From NCBI GenBank assembly GCA_963848485.1, contig CAWKDX010000009.1, forward strand, positions 324,954-388,953: a stretch of 64,000 nucleotides of DNA. The letters are read 5' to 3'. How positions within the stretch are numbered: the stretch's first letter is position 1; each line of letters opens with the position of its first letter. This document shows positions 43,039 to 54,450 of the stretch, piece after piece. The stretch is from an uncultured Acidimicrobiia bacterium (GTDB lineage Bacteria; Actinomycetota; Acidimicrobiia; IMCC26256; JAENVU01). A program made the position numbers and the translations under genes. Under the pieces are notes generated by a model that had not been told where the DNA came from, ran no database searches, and saw only the letters and a list, made by a program, of their open reading frames with translations.

Positions 43039-44115
43039 CTACTTCCGGCGGACGCGCAACAGGCCCTTGCCGGGGATCAACGGGCAGGTCGAGCACCGAG
43101 AGCAGGCCGGGTCGGGCCTCGCACACCGCGGGGATCGCGTTGACGAGCCGGGCCGCGGTGCCCACCAGGCCGCCGGTGTTGTGGTCGCCGTCGTCGCCCA
43201 TCATCTGGACGTCGCAGGTGTAGCTCGGGTTGCCGCTCACGATCACCCGGTACCCGCTGTGGCCCACCGGCTGGGGCCAGTCGGGGGCGAGCGAGTCGTC
43301 GAGCCGGGTGACGTGCTCGAGGATGATCCGGGGCTCGCCGTCGACGATCCCCTGGACCTCGAAGCGCATCGCCGCGGTCGTCCCCTTCTCGACCACGCCG
43401 AAGCCGAGGTCGAGCGTCTCCTCCGCCGGGCAGCCGCTCGTGGACCTCGCGCAGCTCGTCGATCTCCACCCCGAGCCCGGCGGCGAGCACCTTGACCGTC
43501 CCGCCCCACGCGAACGACAGCACCCCGGGGATGAGCAGCAGCGGCGTCGCGTCGAGCGCCTGCCCGAATCCCATCGTGTCGAACAGCACCGTCGGCTGCG
43601 CGTACGTCGCGTAGTTGACGACTTCCATCACGCGCAGCGTGTCGATGTACTCGCACTGCCCGGTGAGCACGAGCGGCAACAGGTCGTTCGCCCAGCCGGG
43701 ATCGATGCCGGACGTGAAGCACGACACTCCGGCTTCGTTGCACGCCTCTTCGAGCGGCCGGCGCATCTCGGGATCGACGTGCGGCGGGTAGACCAGCGGC
43801 ACGACGGAGCTCGACACGATGTTCTTGCCGGTCATCGCGATGCGCGCCATGTCGGCGATCGCTTCGGCCGGTCGCAGGTCCGCGGTCGCGGTGTAGCAGA
43901 CGCAGTCCGCGTCGAGGTCGAGCAGCGCGTCGATGTCGTTCGTCGCGATGCACGCCGGTCGGGTCGATGCCGACGATCTCGCCGGCGTCGCGACCCGCCT
44001 TGTCCTCGCTGTGCACCCAGAGCCCGACGAGCTCGAGATCGGGGTGCTCGGCGATCAGCCGGACCGCGTGCTGCCCCACGTTGCCGGTGCTCCACTGGAT
44101 GACCTTGTACGCCAT
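43039..44115 (-). CDS. DapB-N-like NAD(P)-binding oxidoreductase (NAD(P)H-dependent amine dehydrogenase family), about 3-4 frameshifts
   Basis: ATG 44115: MAYKVIQWSTGNVGQHAVRLIAEHPDLELVGLWVHSEDKAGRDAGEI.. (ORF 43243..45474 frame). ..MTGKNIVSSS..FTSGIDPGWANDLLPLVLTG.. (ORF 43077..43850). ..VEKGTTAAMRFEVQGIVDGEPRIILEHVTRL.. (ORF 41348..43396 N-terminus). End ..LPLIPGKGLLRVRRK-TAG 43039-43041. Confidence 0.65.
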
Positions 44116-44226
44116 TGGGCCCGCTCCTCGGTTCGAGAGGCCGGAGCGTAGGCCGAGCGCCAAGGATTTCCCGCTCCCGCGCTGGATTTTCGGCGCGTCA
44201 GAGTGGTGAAACCCCGGAATCCGGGT

Positions 44227-45282
44227 ATGTCGGGCGCGTGGGCCACTTGGCGGGCCGGGGCGAGGCCCCGTTACCCTTGGTACTTCCGTGACGTCCCGCA
44301 ATGCTCCTCTCTCGTCGCGCGCACCCAGCGGTTGGCGGTGGCCCTGCTGGCAGTCATCATCGTGCTCAGCGCGCCCACCGCAGCGATGGCTGCGTCGCGC
44401 TCGCGCGACGCCGCGAGTGACGCCAACGGACAGGTCGAGTCCGCCCGCCGGGCCGCGAACGCCGAGGCCGGCCGCTACCTGGCCGCGCTGAGCGCGTTCG
44501 AGAGCCTCCGCACGCAGGCCGCCGGCATCGAGACCGTGATCGCGCAAGGTGAGCAGCGCGCCGCGCGTCTTGAAGCGCGTCGTGCAGCGAGCGCGCGGCA
44601 CGCGCGCGTACATGCGCGCCGGTTCGAGCCTGCCGTCGGTGTTCACCGTCGGTGACCTCGCCGACATGATGCGCAGCGACAAGCTGCTCGCCACCGCGAA
44701 CATCAAGGACACCGACGCGCTCTCGTTGTTGAACGCGCAGCAGGCGGACCTGCGCGCGAAGCGCGCGGACCTGCACAACCTCGAAGCAGCAGCAGGGCAC
44801 CGCGCTGGACCAGCTGCAGACGCGCGAGCCGCAAGGCCGACGCGTTGCTCGCCTCCGCGTTGCGCAACAGCAATGAGGTCCAGGCGCGACTCGCGGCGCA
44901 GGCTGCCGCGAGCCGCGCGACGCGCAGCACGCGCCAAGTCCGTCCGCCCACCGCTCGACGGCGCGTGCGGCCACTCCGGTCGCCGTCGCGGTTCCCGCGC
45001 CGCCGAGCTCGGGCGGAACCGGCTCGCACCATGACGACCCGTTCCTCTCGTGCGTGCGCCAGCGCGAGAGCCACGGCAACTACGGCGTCGTGAACCCGAG
45101 CGGTCCGTACTACGGCGCGTACCAGTTCCTCGCGTCGACGTGGAACGTCGCCGCCCGCCACGCGGGTCGCATCGACCTCGTCGGCGTGATCCCGTCGAAC
45201 GCGTCGCCGGCCGACCAGGACGACGATCGCCTGGAGCCTCTACCAGTGGCAGGGCCCGGGCCCGTGGGGCGGGGGCTGCTGA
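44227..45282 (+). CDS. Secreted coiled-coil protein with C-terminal transglycosylase-like (Rpf/SLT-like) domain, about 5 frameshifts; start uncertain
   Basis: Signal/TM ..RLAVALLAVIIVLSAPTAAMA, then coiled coil ..QVESARRAANAEAGRYLAALSAFESLRTQAAG... The C-terminus ..DPFLSCVRQRESHGNYGVVNPSGPYYGAYQFLASTWNVAARHAG..ASPADQD.. (ORF 45054.. frame) ends ..WQGPGPWGGGC-TGA 45280-45282. Confidence 0.55.
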
Positions 45283-45285
45283 TCC

Positions 45286-46326
45286 GTGCGCGCCCTGCGG
45301 CTCACGGCATGGCAGCACGACCCGGAGCTCCTCGAAGTCGACGAGCCCGAGCCCGGTCCCGGCGGAGTCGTCGTGCGGATCGGTGGCGCGGGCGCGTGCC
45401 ACTCGGACCTGCACTTCCTGCACGAGTTCCCGGACGGCCTGCTCCCGTTCGACCCGCCGTTCACGCTCGGCCACGAGAACGCGGGCTGGGTCGAGTCGGT
45501 CGGCGCGGACGTCACCGGCCTCGAAGTCGGGACAACCGGTCGCGGTCTACGGCGCGTGGGGCTGCGGCCGCTGCAGCCGCTGCCTGCAGGGCATGGAGAA
45601 CTACTGCGAGAACCGGGCCGAGTTCACGCGTGAAGGTTGCGGGGTCGGCTTCGACGGCGGCATGGCTCCGCTGCTGCTCGTGCCGAACGCGCGCCACGTC
45701 GTCCCGCTCACGGACCTCGACCCGGTCGACGCCGCGCCGCTCACCGACGCGGGCCTGACGCCGTACCACGCGATCAAGCGCTCGCTGCACCGGCTCGTCC
45801 CCGGCTCGACCGCGCTCGTGATCGGCGCCGGCGGCCTCGGCCACCTGGCGATCCAGATCCTCACCGCGATCTCGCCCGCGCACGGTCATCGCGGTGGACC
45901 AGTCGCCCGACGCGCTTGCGCCTGGCCGAGTCGGTCGGCGCCGCACACGGCGTGCTCGCCGGCGACACCGCGGCCGAGGAGATCCGCGAGCTCACCAAGG
46001 GTCGGGGCACCGACCTCGTGCTCGACTTCGTCGGGGTCGACGCCACCATCGCGCTCGCCGCGAGCGTCGCCCGCCCGCTCTCGGACGTCACGCTCGTCGG
46101 CGTCGGCATGGGCAGCTACCCGTTCAGCTTCTTCACCGTGCCCTACGAGGTGTCGCTCGCCAGCACGTACTGGGGCTCGGTGAGCGAGCTGCACGAGGTG
46201 GTCGCGCTCGCCGAGGCGGGCCAGATCCGCGCCCACGTCGAGCGGTACTCGCTCGACGACGCCGCCAAGGCGTACGCGGACCTGGCCGCCGGCACGCTGC
46301 ACGGCCGCGCCGTCATCGTCCCCTGA
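45286..46326 (+). CDS. Zinc-dependent alcohol dehydrogenase family (MDR) oxidoreductase, about 2-3 frameshifts
   Basis: GTG 45286: [37 protein letters not shown] (Zn ligands). ..[16 protein letters not shown] (structural Zn). ..[16 protein letters not shown] (Rossmann). C-terminus in ORF 45637..46326. Confidence 0.8.
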
Positions 46327-46367
46327 CGCGCCCGCCGGAGACGGACTACCGTCCGGCGGCCGCACAG

Positions 46368-47178
46368 ATGACTGTCGAAGAGGAGTCGCAGGTGCTGGAA
46401 CGGTTTCGACTCGACGGGAAGGTGGCGATCGTCACCGGCGCCGGACGCGGCATCGGCGCGGCCACCGCGCTCGCGCTCGCCGAGGCCGGCGCGGACGTCG
46501 TGCTCGCGTCCCGCACGAAGGAGCAGCTCGACAGCATCGCGGACCAGGCCCGCGCGTTCGACGTGCGCGGCGGTCGTCGTGCCGACGGACGTCGCGGAGA
46601 ACGAGGCCCTCGACGCGCTCGTGCAGACCACCATCGACGAGCTCGGCCGCATCGACGTCGTCGTGAACAACGCCGGCGGCACGATGCCCCGGCCGTTCAT
46701 GGACACCAGCCCCGGCTACCTCGAGCGCGCGTTCCACTTCAACACCACGAGCGCGTTCGTGCTCAGCAAGGCCGCGGTCCCGCACATGCTCGAGCAGGGC
46801 GAAGGCTCGATCGTCAACATCTCGTCCACGATCGGCCGCCTGCGCGACCGCGGGTTCGTCGCCTACGGCACCGCCAAGGCCGCGCTCACGCACATGAGCC
46901 GGCTCATGGCCGCGGACCTCGCGCCGAAGATCCGCGTCAACGCGATCGCGGTCGGGTCGATCGCGACGAGCGCGCTCGAGACCGTCCTCACCGACGACTC
47001 GATCCGCAACGAGATGGTGAGCGGCACCCCGCTGAAGCGGCTCGGCGAGGCGGACGACATCGCGCTGTGCGCGCTCTACCTCGCGTCACCTGCCGCGAGC
47101 TTCGTCACCGGCAAGGTCTTCGAGGTCGACGGCGGGCTCGAAGAGGCGAACCTCGCGCTCAACCTGCCGGACCTGTGA
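46368..47178 (+). CDS. Short-chain dehydrogenase/reductase (SDR), one frameshift near 46560
   Basis: ATG 46368: ..[18 protein letters not shown] (TGxxxGxG). ..VVVNNAGG, ..[15 protein letters not shown] (catalytic YxxxK) in ORF 46579..47178. Confidence 0.85.
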
Positions 47179-47185
47179 GCTGACC

Positions 47186-48062
47186 GTGCGCTGGACCGTC
47201 GCGTTCCCCATGTTCCCCGCCGACCACCTGCTGCCGATGGCGCAGATGGCGGACTCCGCCGGCTTCGACACGATCACCGTGCCGGACTCCGTCTTCTTCC
47301 CCGAGAAGGTCGACGACCGACTACCCGTACTCGGGTGACGGGTCGCGCTTCTGGGGCGGCGACACGCCGTTCGTCGACCCGTTCATCGCGATCGCCGCGA
47401 TGGCCGCGGTCACCGACCGGGTCCGGTTCCTCACCAACGTCGTCAAGCTGCCGATCCGCGACCCGCTGCTCGTCGCGAAGCAGCTCTCGTCGATGGCGGT
47501 GCTCTCGAACGAGCGGGTCGGGCTCGGCGTCGGGCTCAGCTGGATGCCCGAAGAGTTCGCGTGGACGCACACCGACATGAAGACGCGCGGCAAGCGCGCC
47601 GACGAGATGATCGAGATCCTCCGGCTCGTGTGCGGCGGCGGCGGTCCGCAGTGGGTCGAGTACCACGGCAAGTACTACGACTTCGACCGGCTGATGATCT
47701 CCCCCGCGCCCGAGCGGCCGTGCCGATCTCGGTCGGCGGCCTGTCCGAGCCGGCGCTGCGGCGCGCCGCGCGCCTCGGCGACGGGTGGATCTCGGTGCAG
47801 AACACCGAGGCCGACATCACCGAGCGCGATCGTGGACGCTCAACCGCTACCGGGCCGAGTACGGGCGCGCCGAGTCCCGTTCGAGATCAACGCGCTCTGC
47901 ATCGACGCCTTCGACCTCGACGGCTACCGCCGGCTCGCGGACGCCGGCGTCACCGAGCTCCAGGCCGTGCCCTGGTACTTCTACGGCGGCGACCCGAACG
48001 ACCTGCAGGTGCAGCTCGACTCGCTGGCCCGCTTCGCGGACGAGGTCATCGCCCGGTTCTGA
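47186..48062 (+). CDS. LLM-class F420-dependent oxidoreductase (Rv2161c-like subgroup), about 3 frameshifts
   Basis: GTG 47186: VRWTVAFPMFPADHLLPMAQMADSAGFDTITVPDSVFFPE.. ..DPFIAIAAMAAVTDRVRFLTNVVKLPIRDPLLVAKQLSSMAVLSNERVGLGVGLSWMPEEF (ORF 47400..48062). ..ISVGGLSEPALRRAARLGDGWI (ORF 47561..). Confidence 0.75.
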
Positions 48063-49054
48063 TCGCCTCGTCCGGCTGGTCCGTGGCGGCGGGCTCGACC
48101 GTGCGGCTCGGACCCGGCGGCGCCGCCGGGGCCGGCGGCGCGGCTGCGACGTGACGCGTCGGCGACGCACGCTGCTCGGCCTGCAGGTCCTCGGGCGACG
48201 GGACGTAGCCCGCGGCCCGGTCGATGACCCGGTGCACGCTCGACAGCATGCCGTCGTGCGCCTCGTGGTGGCGGTGCCGGGCGAGCCACGCGGTGAGCAG
48301 GCAGCCGATCGCGAACGTGACGAGCGGGAGGGCGACGCCGAGCATGTCGCCGAACACGACCGAGAGCTGGTTGCCGAGCCGGTCCGCGACGCCCGACCAG
48401 CCGCGGAGCTTGACCGTGCCGACCGCCCACGCCGCCAGGCCGAGCGCGAGCACGAAGCCGGCGAGCGCGAGCGGCACGCGCAACACCGTGATCGGATGGT
48501 TCGACTCGGCGAGCACGCCGCCGGCGTCGCCAGATCCCGAACGCCAGGATCAGCGCGGCGAGCCCGGCGCCGATCGCCGCACCGGCGACGAGCGCGCTCC
48601 CGAGCGGTCGGACCTCGGTCGACGTCGACGAGGTCGACCTGGCCCGTGTGGTTCGGGTCGTAGCGGATCGGGAGCCGGCTGTCGATCCACTGCGCGCCCG
48701 AGCCTTCGACCTGCACCTGGGCGTCGTGCCGATCGCCCCGACGGTCGAAGTAGAAGAGCCGCAGCGCGAGCCCGTCGCCCTCGCGCACCGCGGTGAGCGT
48801 GCCGGTGCTGCGGATCCAGTCCCGGCCGACGCTGCGCTCGTGGCGCCAGTCGCTCCACGACGTGTTGAGCCGGGTGCCGCCGCCGATCAGCAGCGGGAGC
48901 GCGACCGCGACGAGGACGATGCAGATCCCGCCGACCAGCAGCCGCACCGGGTTCTTGACCAGCTCGGGCCCGTAGGTCGCGCATCCGGCGACCGAGCGCG
49001 ACGAGGCGATCCATGCCGCGGTCCAGGCGGGTTCGGCTCCCTTGGTCCGTCCAT
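48046..49054 (-). CDS. Membrane protein, DUF3592-like N-terminal module plus multi-helix C-terminal part, about 4 frameshifts; start uncertain
   Basis: ..LVKNPVRLLVGGICIVLVAVALPLLIGGG..STGTLTAVREGDGLALRLFYFDRRGDRHDAQVQVEGSGAQWIDSRLPIRYDPNHTGQVDLVD (ORF 47847..48947). ..LRVPLALAGFVLALGLAAWAVG..VFGDMLGVALPLVTFAIGCLLTAWL.. (ORF 48046..48516). Confidence 0.5.
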
Positions 49055-49216
49055 CAGATCCCCATGCTCACCTGTGCCGCGTTGATCGGCCATACCCGGT
49101 CGACCCTGAACGGGAACCACCAGGGTCGCGCTTTGCGGCGGCGGTGATCGGGCGCGCCGGCCCGATCCGACACCTCACCCCGTTTGCTGCATTTCCGTTG
49201 CGGTACGGTCGGATTC

Positions 49217-50173
49217 ATGCGCTACGGACCGCTCGGTCGCTCCGGCCTCGTCGTCTCCGTGGTGGGCCTCGGCGCCAACAACTTCGGGCGCCGGCTCGAT
49301 CGTCGACGGCACCCGCGCCGTCGTCGACGCCGCGTTCGACGCCGGCATCAACCTCGATCGACACCGCGGACATCTACGGCAACAAGGGCGGGAGCGAGAC
49401 GCTGCTCGGCGAGGTGCTCGAAGGGCCGGCGCGACCAGGTCGTGCTCGCCACGAAGTTCGGCATGGACATGGAGGGGGCGAACGGTCCCGACTGGGGCGC
49501 GCGCGGCTCGCGCCGCTACGTGCGCCTCGCGGTCGAGGCGTCGCTGCGCCGGCTGCAGACCGACTGGATCGACCTGTACCAGCTCCACCAGCCGGACGGG
49601 ATCACGCCGCTCGAGGAGACGGTCGCCGCCCTCGACGAGCTCGTGCGCGAAGGCAAGGTCCGCTACATCGGCTCGTCGAACTTCGCGGCGTGGCAGGTCG
49701 CCGACGCCGACTCCTTCGCGCGCCATGCCGGCACGAGCCGGTACATCAGCGCGCAGAACGGCTACTCGCTGCTCGACCGCACCGTCGAGCGCGAGCTCAC
49801 GCCCGCGTGCGTCGAGCCACGGCGTCGGGATCCTGCCGTACTTCCCGCTCGCGAACGGCCTGCTCACCGGCAAGTACCGACGGGGCGAAGCCGGCGCCGT
49901 CCGGCACCCGCATGGAGACTCGCGCTCGACACCGTGCGCGACCGCACGTTCGATCGCATCGAGGCGCTCGAGACCTACGCGACCGAGCGCGACCTCACGC
50001 TGCTCGACGTCGCGATCGGCGGGCTCGCCGCGCAGCCGGCCGTCGGCTCGGTGATCGCCGGCGCGACGCGGCCGGAGCAGGTGAAGGCGAACGCCGCGGC
50101 CGGCGAGTGGGAGCCGACCGCCGAGGACCTCGCCGCGCTCGACGCGATCGCGCCACGCGGCACGCGCGCGTAG
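49217..50173 (+). CDS. Aldo/keto reductase, about 5 frameshifts
   Basis: ATG 49217: MRYGPLGRSGLVVSVVGLGANNFG.., ..IDTADIYGNKGGSETLLGE (ORF 49042.. frame), ..VVLATKFG..SLRRLQTDWIDLYQLHQPD..GKVRYIGSSNF.. (ORF 49184..50173), ..GVGILPYFPLANGLLTGKY (ORF 49725..). Confidence 0.8.
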   Translation: MRYGPLGRSGLVVSVVGLGANNFGRRLDRRRHPRRRRRRVRRRHQPRSTPRTSTATRAGARRCSARCSKGRRDQVVLATKFGMDMEGANGPDWGARGSRRYVRLAVEASLRRLQTDWIDLYQLHQPDGITPLEETVAALDELVREGKVRYIGSSNFAAWQVADADSFARHAGTSRYISAQNGYSLLDRTVERELTPACVEPRRRDPAVLPARERPAHRQVPTGRSRRRPAPAWRLALDTVRDRTFDRIEALETYATERDLTLLDVAIGGLAAQPAVGSVIAGATRPEQVKANAAAGEWEPTAEDLAALDAIAPRGTRA

Positions 50174-50230
50174 CCCGCATCGGCTTCGGGGTCGCGCTGA
50201 TCCGGCCGCGGTCGGACTACCGTCGACGCC

Positions 50231-51563
50231 ATGTCTCAGACCCCCCAACCGCCCCTCGGCGGCCGCTACGAGCTGCGCCGCCAGCTCGCCTCGACCCCGG
50301 CCGCACGCGTCTACCTCGCCCAGGACCTCGAGCTCGGGCGGCCGGTCGCGATCAAGGTGCTCGGGCCGGATCTGGCCCGTGACCCGCAGATCGTCGAGCG
50401 GTTCCAGCAGGCCGCGAACGCCGCCGCCTCGGTGCACCACCCGAACATCGTCACCATCTACGACTCGGGCGAGGACCAGGGCGCGGTCTACGTCGCGATG
50501 GAGTACGTCGACGGGGCGAGCCTGGCCGACGACCATCGCCGACGCCCGCCGGCTCGGCATCGCGCCGACCATCAACATGGGCGTGAGCGTCGCCGAGGCG
50601 CTCGACGCCGCGCACGCGGCCGGGGTCGTGCACGGCAGCCTGAAGCCGGCCGACGTCCTGATCGGCCGCGACGGCACGGTGAAGGTCACGGACTTCGGCA
50701 CCGCGACCGCGGGGCTCGCATCGCTGGCCGGCCCGGTCGCGGTCGCGACCTACGACTCGCCCGAGCAGCTCCAGGGGCAGGCGCCGACCGCGCGCTCGGA
50801 CCTCTACGCGCTCGGCATCCTGCTCTACGAGTCCCTGACCGGCGTGCCGCCGTTCACGGGCACCGACGCGGTCGCGATCACGCAGCGCAAGCTCGCCGAG
50901 AGCCCGATCCCGCCGTCGGTCGCGGCGCCCGGCATCCCGCCCGGGTTCGACGCGATCATCGACCGGCTGCTCGAGCGGGACCCGGACCGCCGCTACGCGA
51001 CCGGCGGCGCCGCGGCCACCGACCTCATCCGTCTCGGCGAGACCGCGCAGGTCCCGCTCGCGGAACCGACGGTGGCGATGCCGATCGTTCCGCCCGGCGC
51101 CGACCCCCTGGCGCCCGTCGCGCCTCCTCCGCCCGAGAAGAAGCGCAGCGCGACCGGCTGGATCATCGCGGCGATCGTCGTGCTCGTCCTCGTCGTCGGT
51201 GGCCTGATCGCGTACGCGGTCACCCAGAACGACGACAACAAGGCCGCAGCTGGTCCAGGTCCCGGCGGTCGTCGGGACGAACGCAGCGCGACGCGGTGGC
51301 CGCGCTCAGGCAGGCCGGCCTCAGCCCGACCACCCAGGACGTCGCCAGCGACTCGTTCGCCAAGGGCATCGTCTTCGAGCAGGCCCCGCAGGCCGGGACC
51401 CAGGCCCGCAAGGGTTCGGTCGTCGTGCTCAAGGTGAGCACCGGTCCGACGACCACCACCACGTCGAGCACCTCGTCGACCAGCACCTCGACGTCGACCG
51501 ACCACCACCACGACGACCACCACCACGACGACCACCGTGCCCCCGACGACCTCGTCCACCTGA
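50231..51563 (+). CDS. Ser/Thr protein kinase-like protein (predicted pseudokinase) with TM helix, one PASTA domain and Thr/Ser-rich tail, about 3 frameshifts
   Basis: Kinase-fold landmarks RPVAIKVL, HHPNIVTIYD, VAMEYVDG, VKVTDFG, YDSPEQ and SDLYALGILLYESLTGVPPF (ORFs 50231.. and 50379..51437). TM WIIAAIVVLVLVVGGLIAYAV. PASTA ..AVAALRQAGLSPTTQDVASDSFAKGIVFEQAPQAGTQARKGSVVVLKVS. The catalytic loop reads HGSLKPAD (50631-50654) instead of HRDLKPxN. Confidence 0.75.
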
Positions 51564-51680
51564 CCCCCCATCCCGTTTTGGCGCCAGTTGCCGCCCGTGC
51601 GGCGCACCGGCTTGCGCCAGGATCCGGGGGCGACGCTGATGCCGGTCGCCACGGCTCCGGAGTGCTCCTAGCCTGGGGGC

Positions 51681-52610
51681 GTGACGATCGCGGAGCTGCC
51701 GCTCGTGCCCGTCCCTGCGGCGCCGGAGGGCGAGCCCTTCCGGCGCATCACCGTCGAGCGCTTCGCCGGACCGTGCGGCGCGGTGATCGGCGGCGTCGAC
51801 CTCGCCGACGGAGCCTCGACGACCGCGCGATCGGCGAGATCCGCCGCGCGATCCTCGACCACGGCGTCGTCTTCTTCCGCGGCCAGTCGCTGACGCCCGA
51901 CGCAGCAGGTCGCGTTCAGCCGCCGGTTCGGTCCGTACAGCCCGGTGCCGTTCGTGCAGCCGATCGCCGACCACGACGAGGTGATCGCGGTCGTGCGCGA
52001 GCCGACCGAACGCCAGGGCTTCGCGTTCGGCGGCATCTGGCACTCGGACTTCTCGTTCCTGCCCGAGCCGCCGATGGGCTCGATCCTGCACGCGCTCGAG
52101 GTGCCGCCCTACGGCGGCGACACGCTCTGGGCGAACCAGTACCTCGCGTTCGAGACGCTGTCGCCGGGCTGCAGAGCACCGTGCGCGGCCTGACCGGCGT
52201 GCACAGCGCCCGCAACGCGTACTCACCGAAGATGCAGGCGATCCACGACTCGTTCGAAGGCATGACCGTGCAGACGAGCGAGACCGCGAACGACGTGCAG
52301 GCCCACCCCGCGGTGCCGCGTGCACGGCGAGACCGGGCGCGAGGCGCTCTACCTGAACCAGCAGTACACGATCGGTCTCGACGGGTGGTGGCCGCACGAG
52401 TCGAAGGCGCTGCTCGACGTGCTGTTCCACCACTCGACCCAAGCCGCGTTCACCTGCCGCTGGCGCTGGTCCGAGGGCGACGTCGCGTTCTGGGACAACC
52501 GCTGCATGCAGCACATGGTGATGGCCGACGTCGAAGGTCACCGGCGCGCGATGCACCGCACGACCGTCGCCGGCGAAGCCCCGATCCCGCCGGCCCGTCT
52601 AGCGCCGTGA
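51681..52610 (+). CDS. TauD/TfdA-family Fe(II)/2-oxoglutarate dioxygenase, about 4 frameshifts
   Basis: GTG 51681: ..GAVIGGVDLADG.., ..ILDHGVVFFRGQSLTP.., ..GGIWHSDFSF (HxD) ..LEVPPYGGDTLWANQYLAFETLSPG (ORF 51945..), ..LYLNQQYTIG..WSEGDVAFWDNRCMQH..RAMHRTTV (ORF 52320..52610). Confidence 0.8.
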
Positions 52611-53041
52611 CCGTCACCGACGACGACCTGCGGGAACGGCGGTCGCAGGTCGTGCGCGACCACATGGAGTCCGAGAACCGGCTCGCGTTCGACGAGACCA
52701 TTGCGACGTTCGCGCACCCGCACTACGAGCTGATCGCGACGGGCATCGTGTACGACGGCGTCGAAGAGGTGATGGGCTACTACACCGCGTCACGCACCGC
52801 GTTCCCCGACCAGCGCAACGAGATCCACTCGTTCCGCCAGGCCGACGACGCGGTGATCGTCGAATTCGACCTGCTCGGCACCCACTCGGGGCCCTTCCTC
52901 GGGCTCGAGCCGACCGGCCGCGAGTTCCGCTGCCGCATGGCCGCGTTCTTCATCTTCGAGCCCGGCACCGCCCGCATCGAGATCGAACGGATCTACTTCG
53001 ACGCCGGGACGATCCTCACCCAGCTCGGCATCACGCTCTAG
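52607..53041 (+). CDS. SnoaL-like / ester-cyclase (NTF2-fold) protein
   Basis: Intact. GTG 52607 overlaps the TauD stop (GTGA). VTVTDDDLRERRSQVVRDHMESENRLAFDETIATF..FPDQRNEIHSFRQADDAVIVEFDLLGTHSGPFLGLEPTGREFRCRMAAFFIFE.. (3' end of ORF 50231..53041). Confidence 0.75.
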   Translation: MTVTDDDLRERRSQVVRDHMESENRLAFDETIATFAHPHYELIATGIVYDGVEEVMGYYTASRTAFPDQRNEIHSFRQADDAVIVEFDLLGTHSGPFLGLEPTGREFRCRMAAFFIFEPGTARIEIERIYFDAGTILTQLGITL

Positions 53042-53056
53042 CTGTACCCGATCGGG

Positions 53057-54419
53057 TTACGGCGTGGGGACCCAGTTGCCGTGGAAGCCGAACGGGACCC
53101 GGACCGGCAGGTGGACGGTGGCGACGGGGTCGCCGGTGAAGTCCTGCGCGTCGAGGATCACGACGTCCGCTCTTGTCCGTGGTGCCGTCGTAGACGTAGG
53201 AGATCACCCAGCCGTCGTCCTCGTCGGTCGCGCCTTCGCGCGGCGACGAACACCGGCTCGAGCGACTCGCGACCCTGGCCGTAGTCGTGCTCGACCGTCG
53301 TCCCCGCGACGAGGTCGTGCTTGAGCGCCGGACCACCGCCCGCGTCGAGGCTCGCCGAACGTCGCGCCGTAGCCGTAGCGGTTGCGCCGGCCCTGGTACG
53401 CCTCGTTCAGCCGCGGGAACTCCTGGTTGTGGTCGTCGAGCGTCGCCGCGAGCACCTTGCCCGCCGCGGGATCGAGCGTCCACCGCTCGAGCCGCGACGC
53501 ACCCTCGTTCGGGCCCTGCCGGTTCTTGTTGAACATCGTCTCGTAGCGCACCGCGTCGAGCACGACCTGACCGTCGTCGAGGTCGTACGCGTTGAGCGGG
53601 TGGTAGAAGTAGCAGGGGTCGATGTCGAACCACTGCACGTCGGTTCCGTCGGTTGCGGTGCTGCTGCGCGGCAGCAGACCGATGCGTGCGCCGTAATCGT
53701 GGTTCCACGCGTACGGGAACGACGCGCCACCCATCGCGGCTTCGAGGTCGAACGTGACCGGCAGGTCGAACAGCAGCGCGTACGTGTCGGTGAACGCCAT
53801 GTCGTGCACCATCGGGCCCGCCCGGCGTGTCGACGTCAACCGACTTCTGCACGCGGCCGTCGGGCGAGATGCTCATGTACCGGATCTTGTTGCCCCAGCC
53901 CCAGAAGTACGCGACGACGTGCCACTCCCCCGTCCGCGGATCCCGCTTCGGGTGCGCGCTGAACGGGTGCTCCAGCGTGCCCGAGAAGTTCGACGGACCG
54001 ACCGTCTCGAGCTCGTCGGTGAGCTCGACCGGCGGCGATCCGGCTTCGACGATCGCGTACGTCTTCCCCGCGATCGAGACCACGTTGGTGTTCGCGGCGA
54101 AGCTCGGGACGCCCTCGGCATAGGGCGACGGTGGCGTCCGCTCACCGAGCACCGCCGCCACCTCCGGGCTGCGCACGAACCGGTTGCGGTACCACTCGGC
54201 CTTGCCGTCGCGCAGGCGCAGCCCGTGCACCATGCCGTCGCCCGTGAACCAGTGGTACTTCGCCGGGTCCTGGGGGCTGATCGGGTTCGGGCCGTTGCGC
54301 AGGAGCCGGCCGTCGAGCTCGGCCGGGATCGTTCCCGTCACCGGCAGGTCGATCGCCGTGATCTCCGAGTGGACGGGGCCGAAGTTTCCTTCGAGGTAGT
54401 GGTGCGCCGGTGCGGTCAT
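53057..54419 (-). CDS. Carotenoid/apocarotenoid cleavage oxygenase (RPE65/CCD family), about 3 frameshifts
   Basis: ATG 54419: [62 protein letters not shown] (ORF 53031..54722). ..[31 protein letters not shown] (ORF 53204..53839). End ..[20 protein letters not shown] 53057. Confidence 0.8.
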
Positions 54420-54450
54420 GGCTTCCTCCAATGTCCAGGGAGTCTGATGC

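Noticed and set aside
44125-44150. tRNA-like GGTTCGAG T-loop motif
   Set aside because: There is no complementary T-stem, acceptor stem or anticodon arm around it, and it overlaps the 5' end region of a protein gene. I found no tRNA or rRNA anywhere in the window.
51495-51565. His/Asp-rich tail (DHHHDDHHHDDH) on the kinase-like protein, suggestive of metal binding
   Set aside because: Shifting one base gives a continuous poly-Thr tail (TTTTTTTTTTTTVPPTTSST-stop). That continues the preceding TTTTTSSTSSTSTSTST linker, so the His/Asp run is a frameshift artefact.
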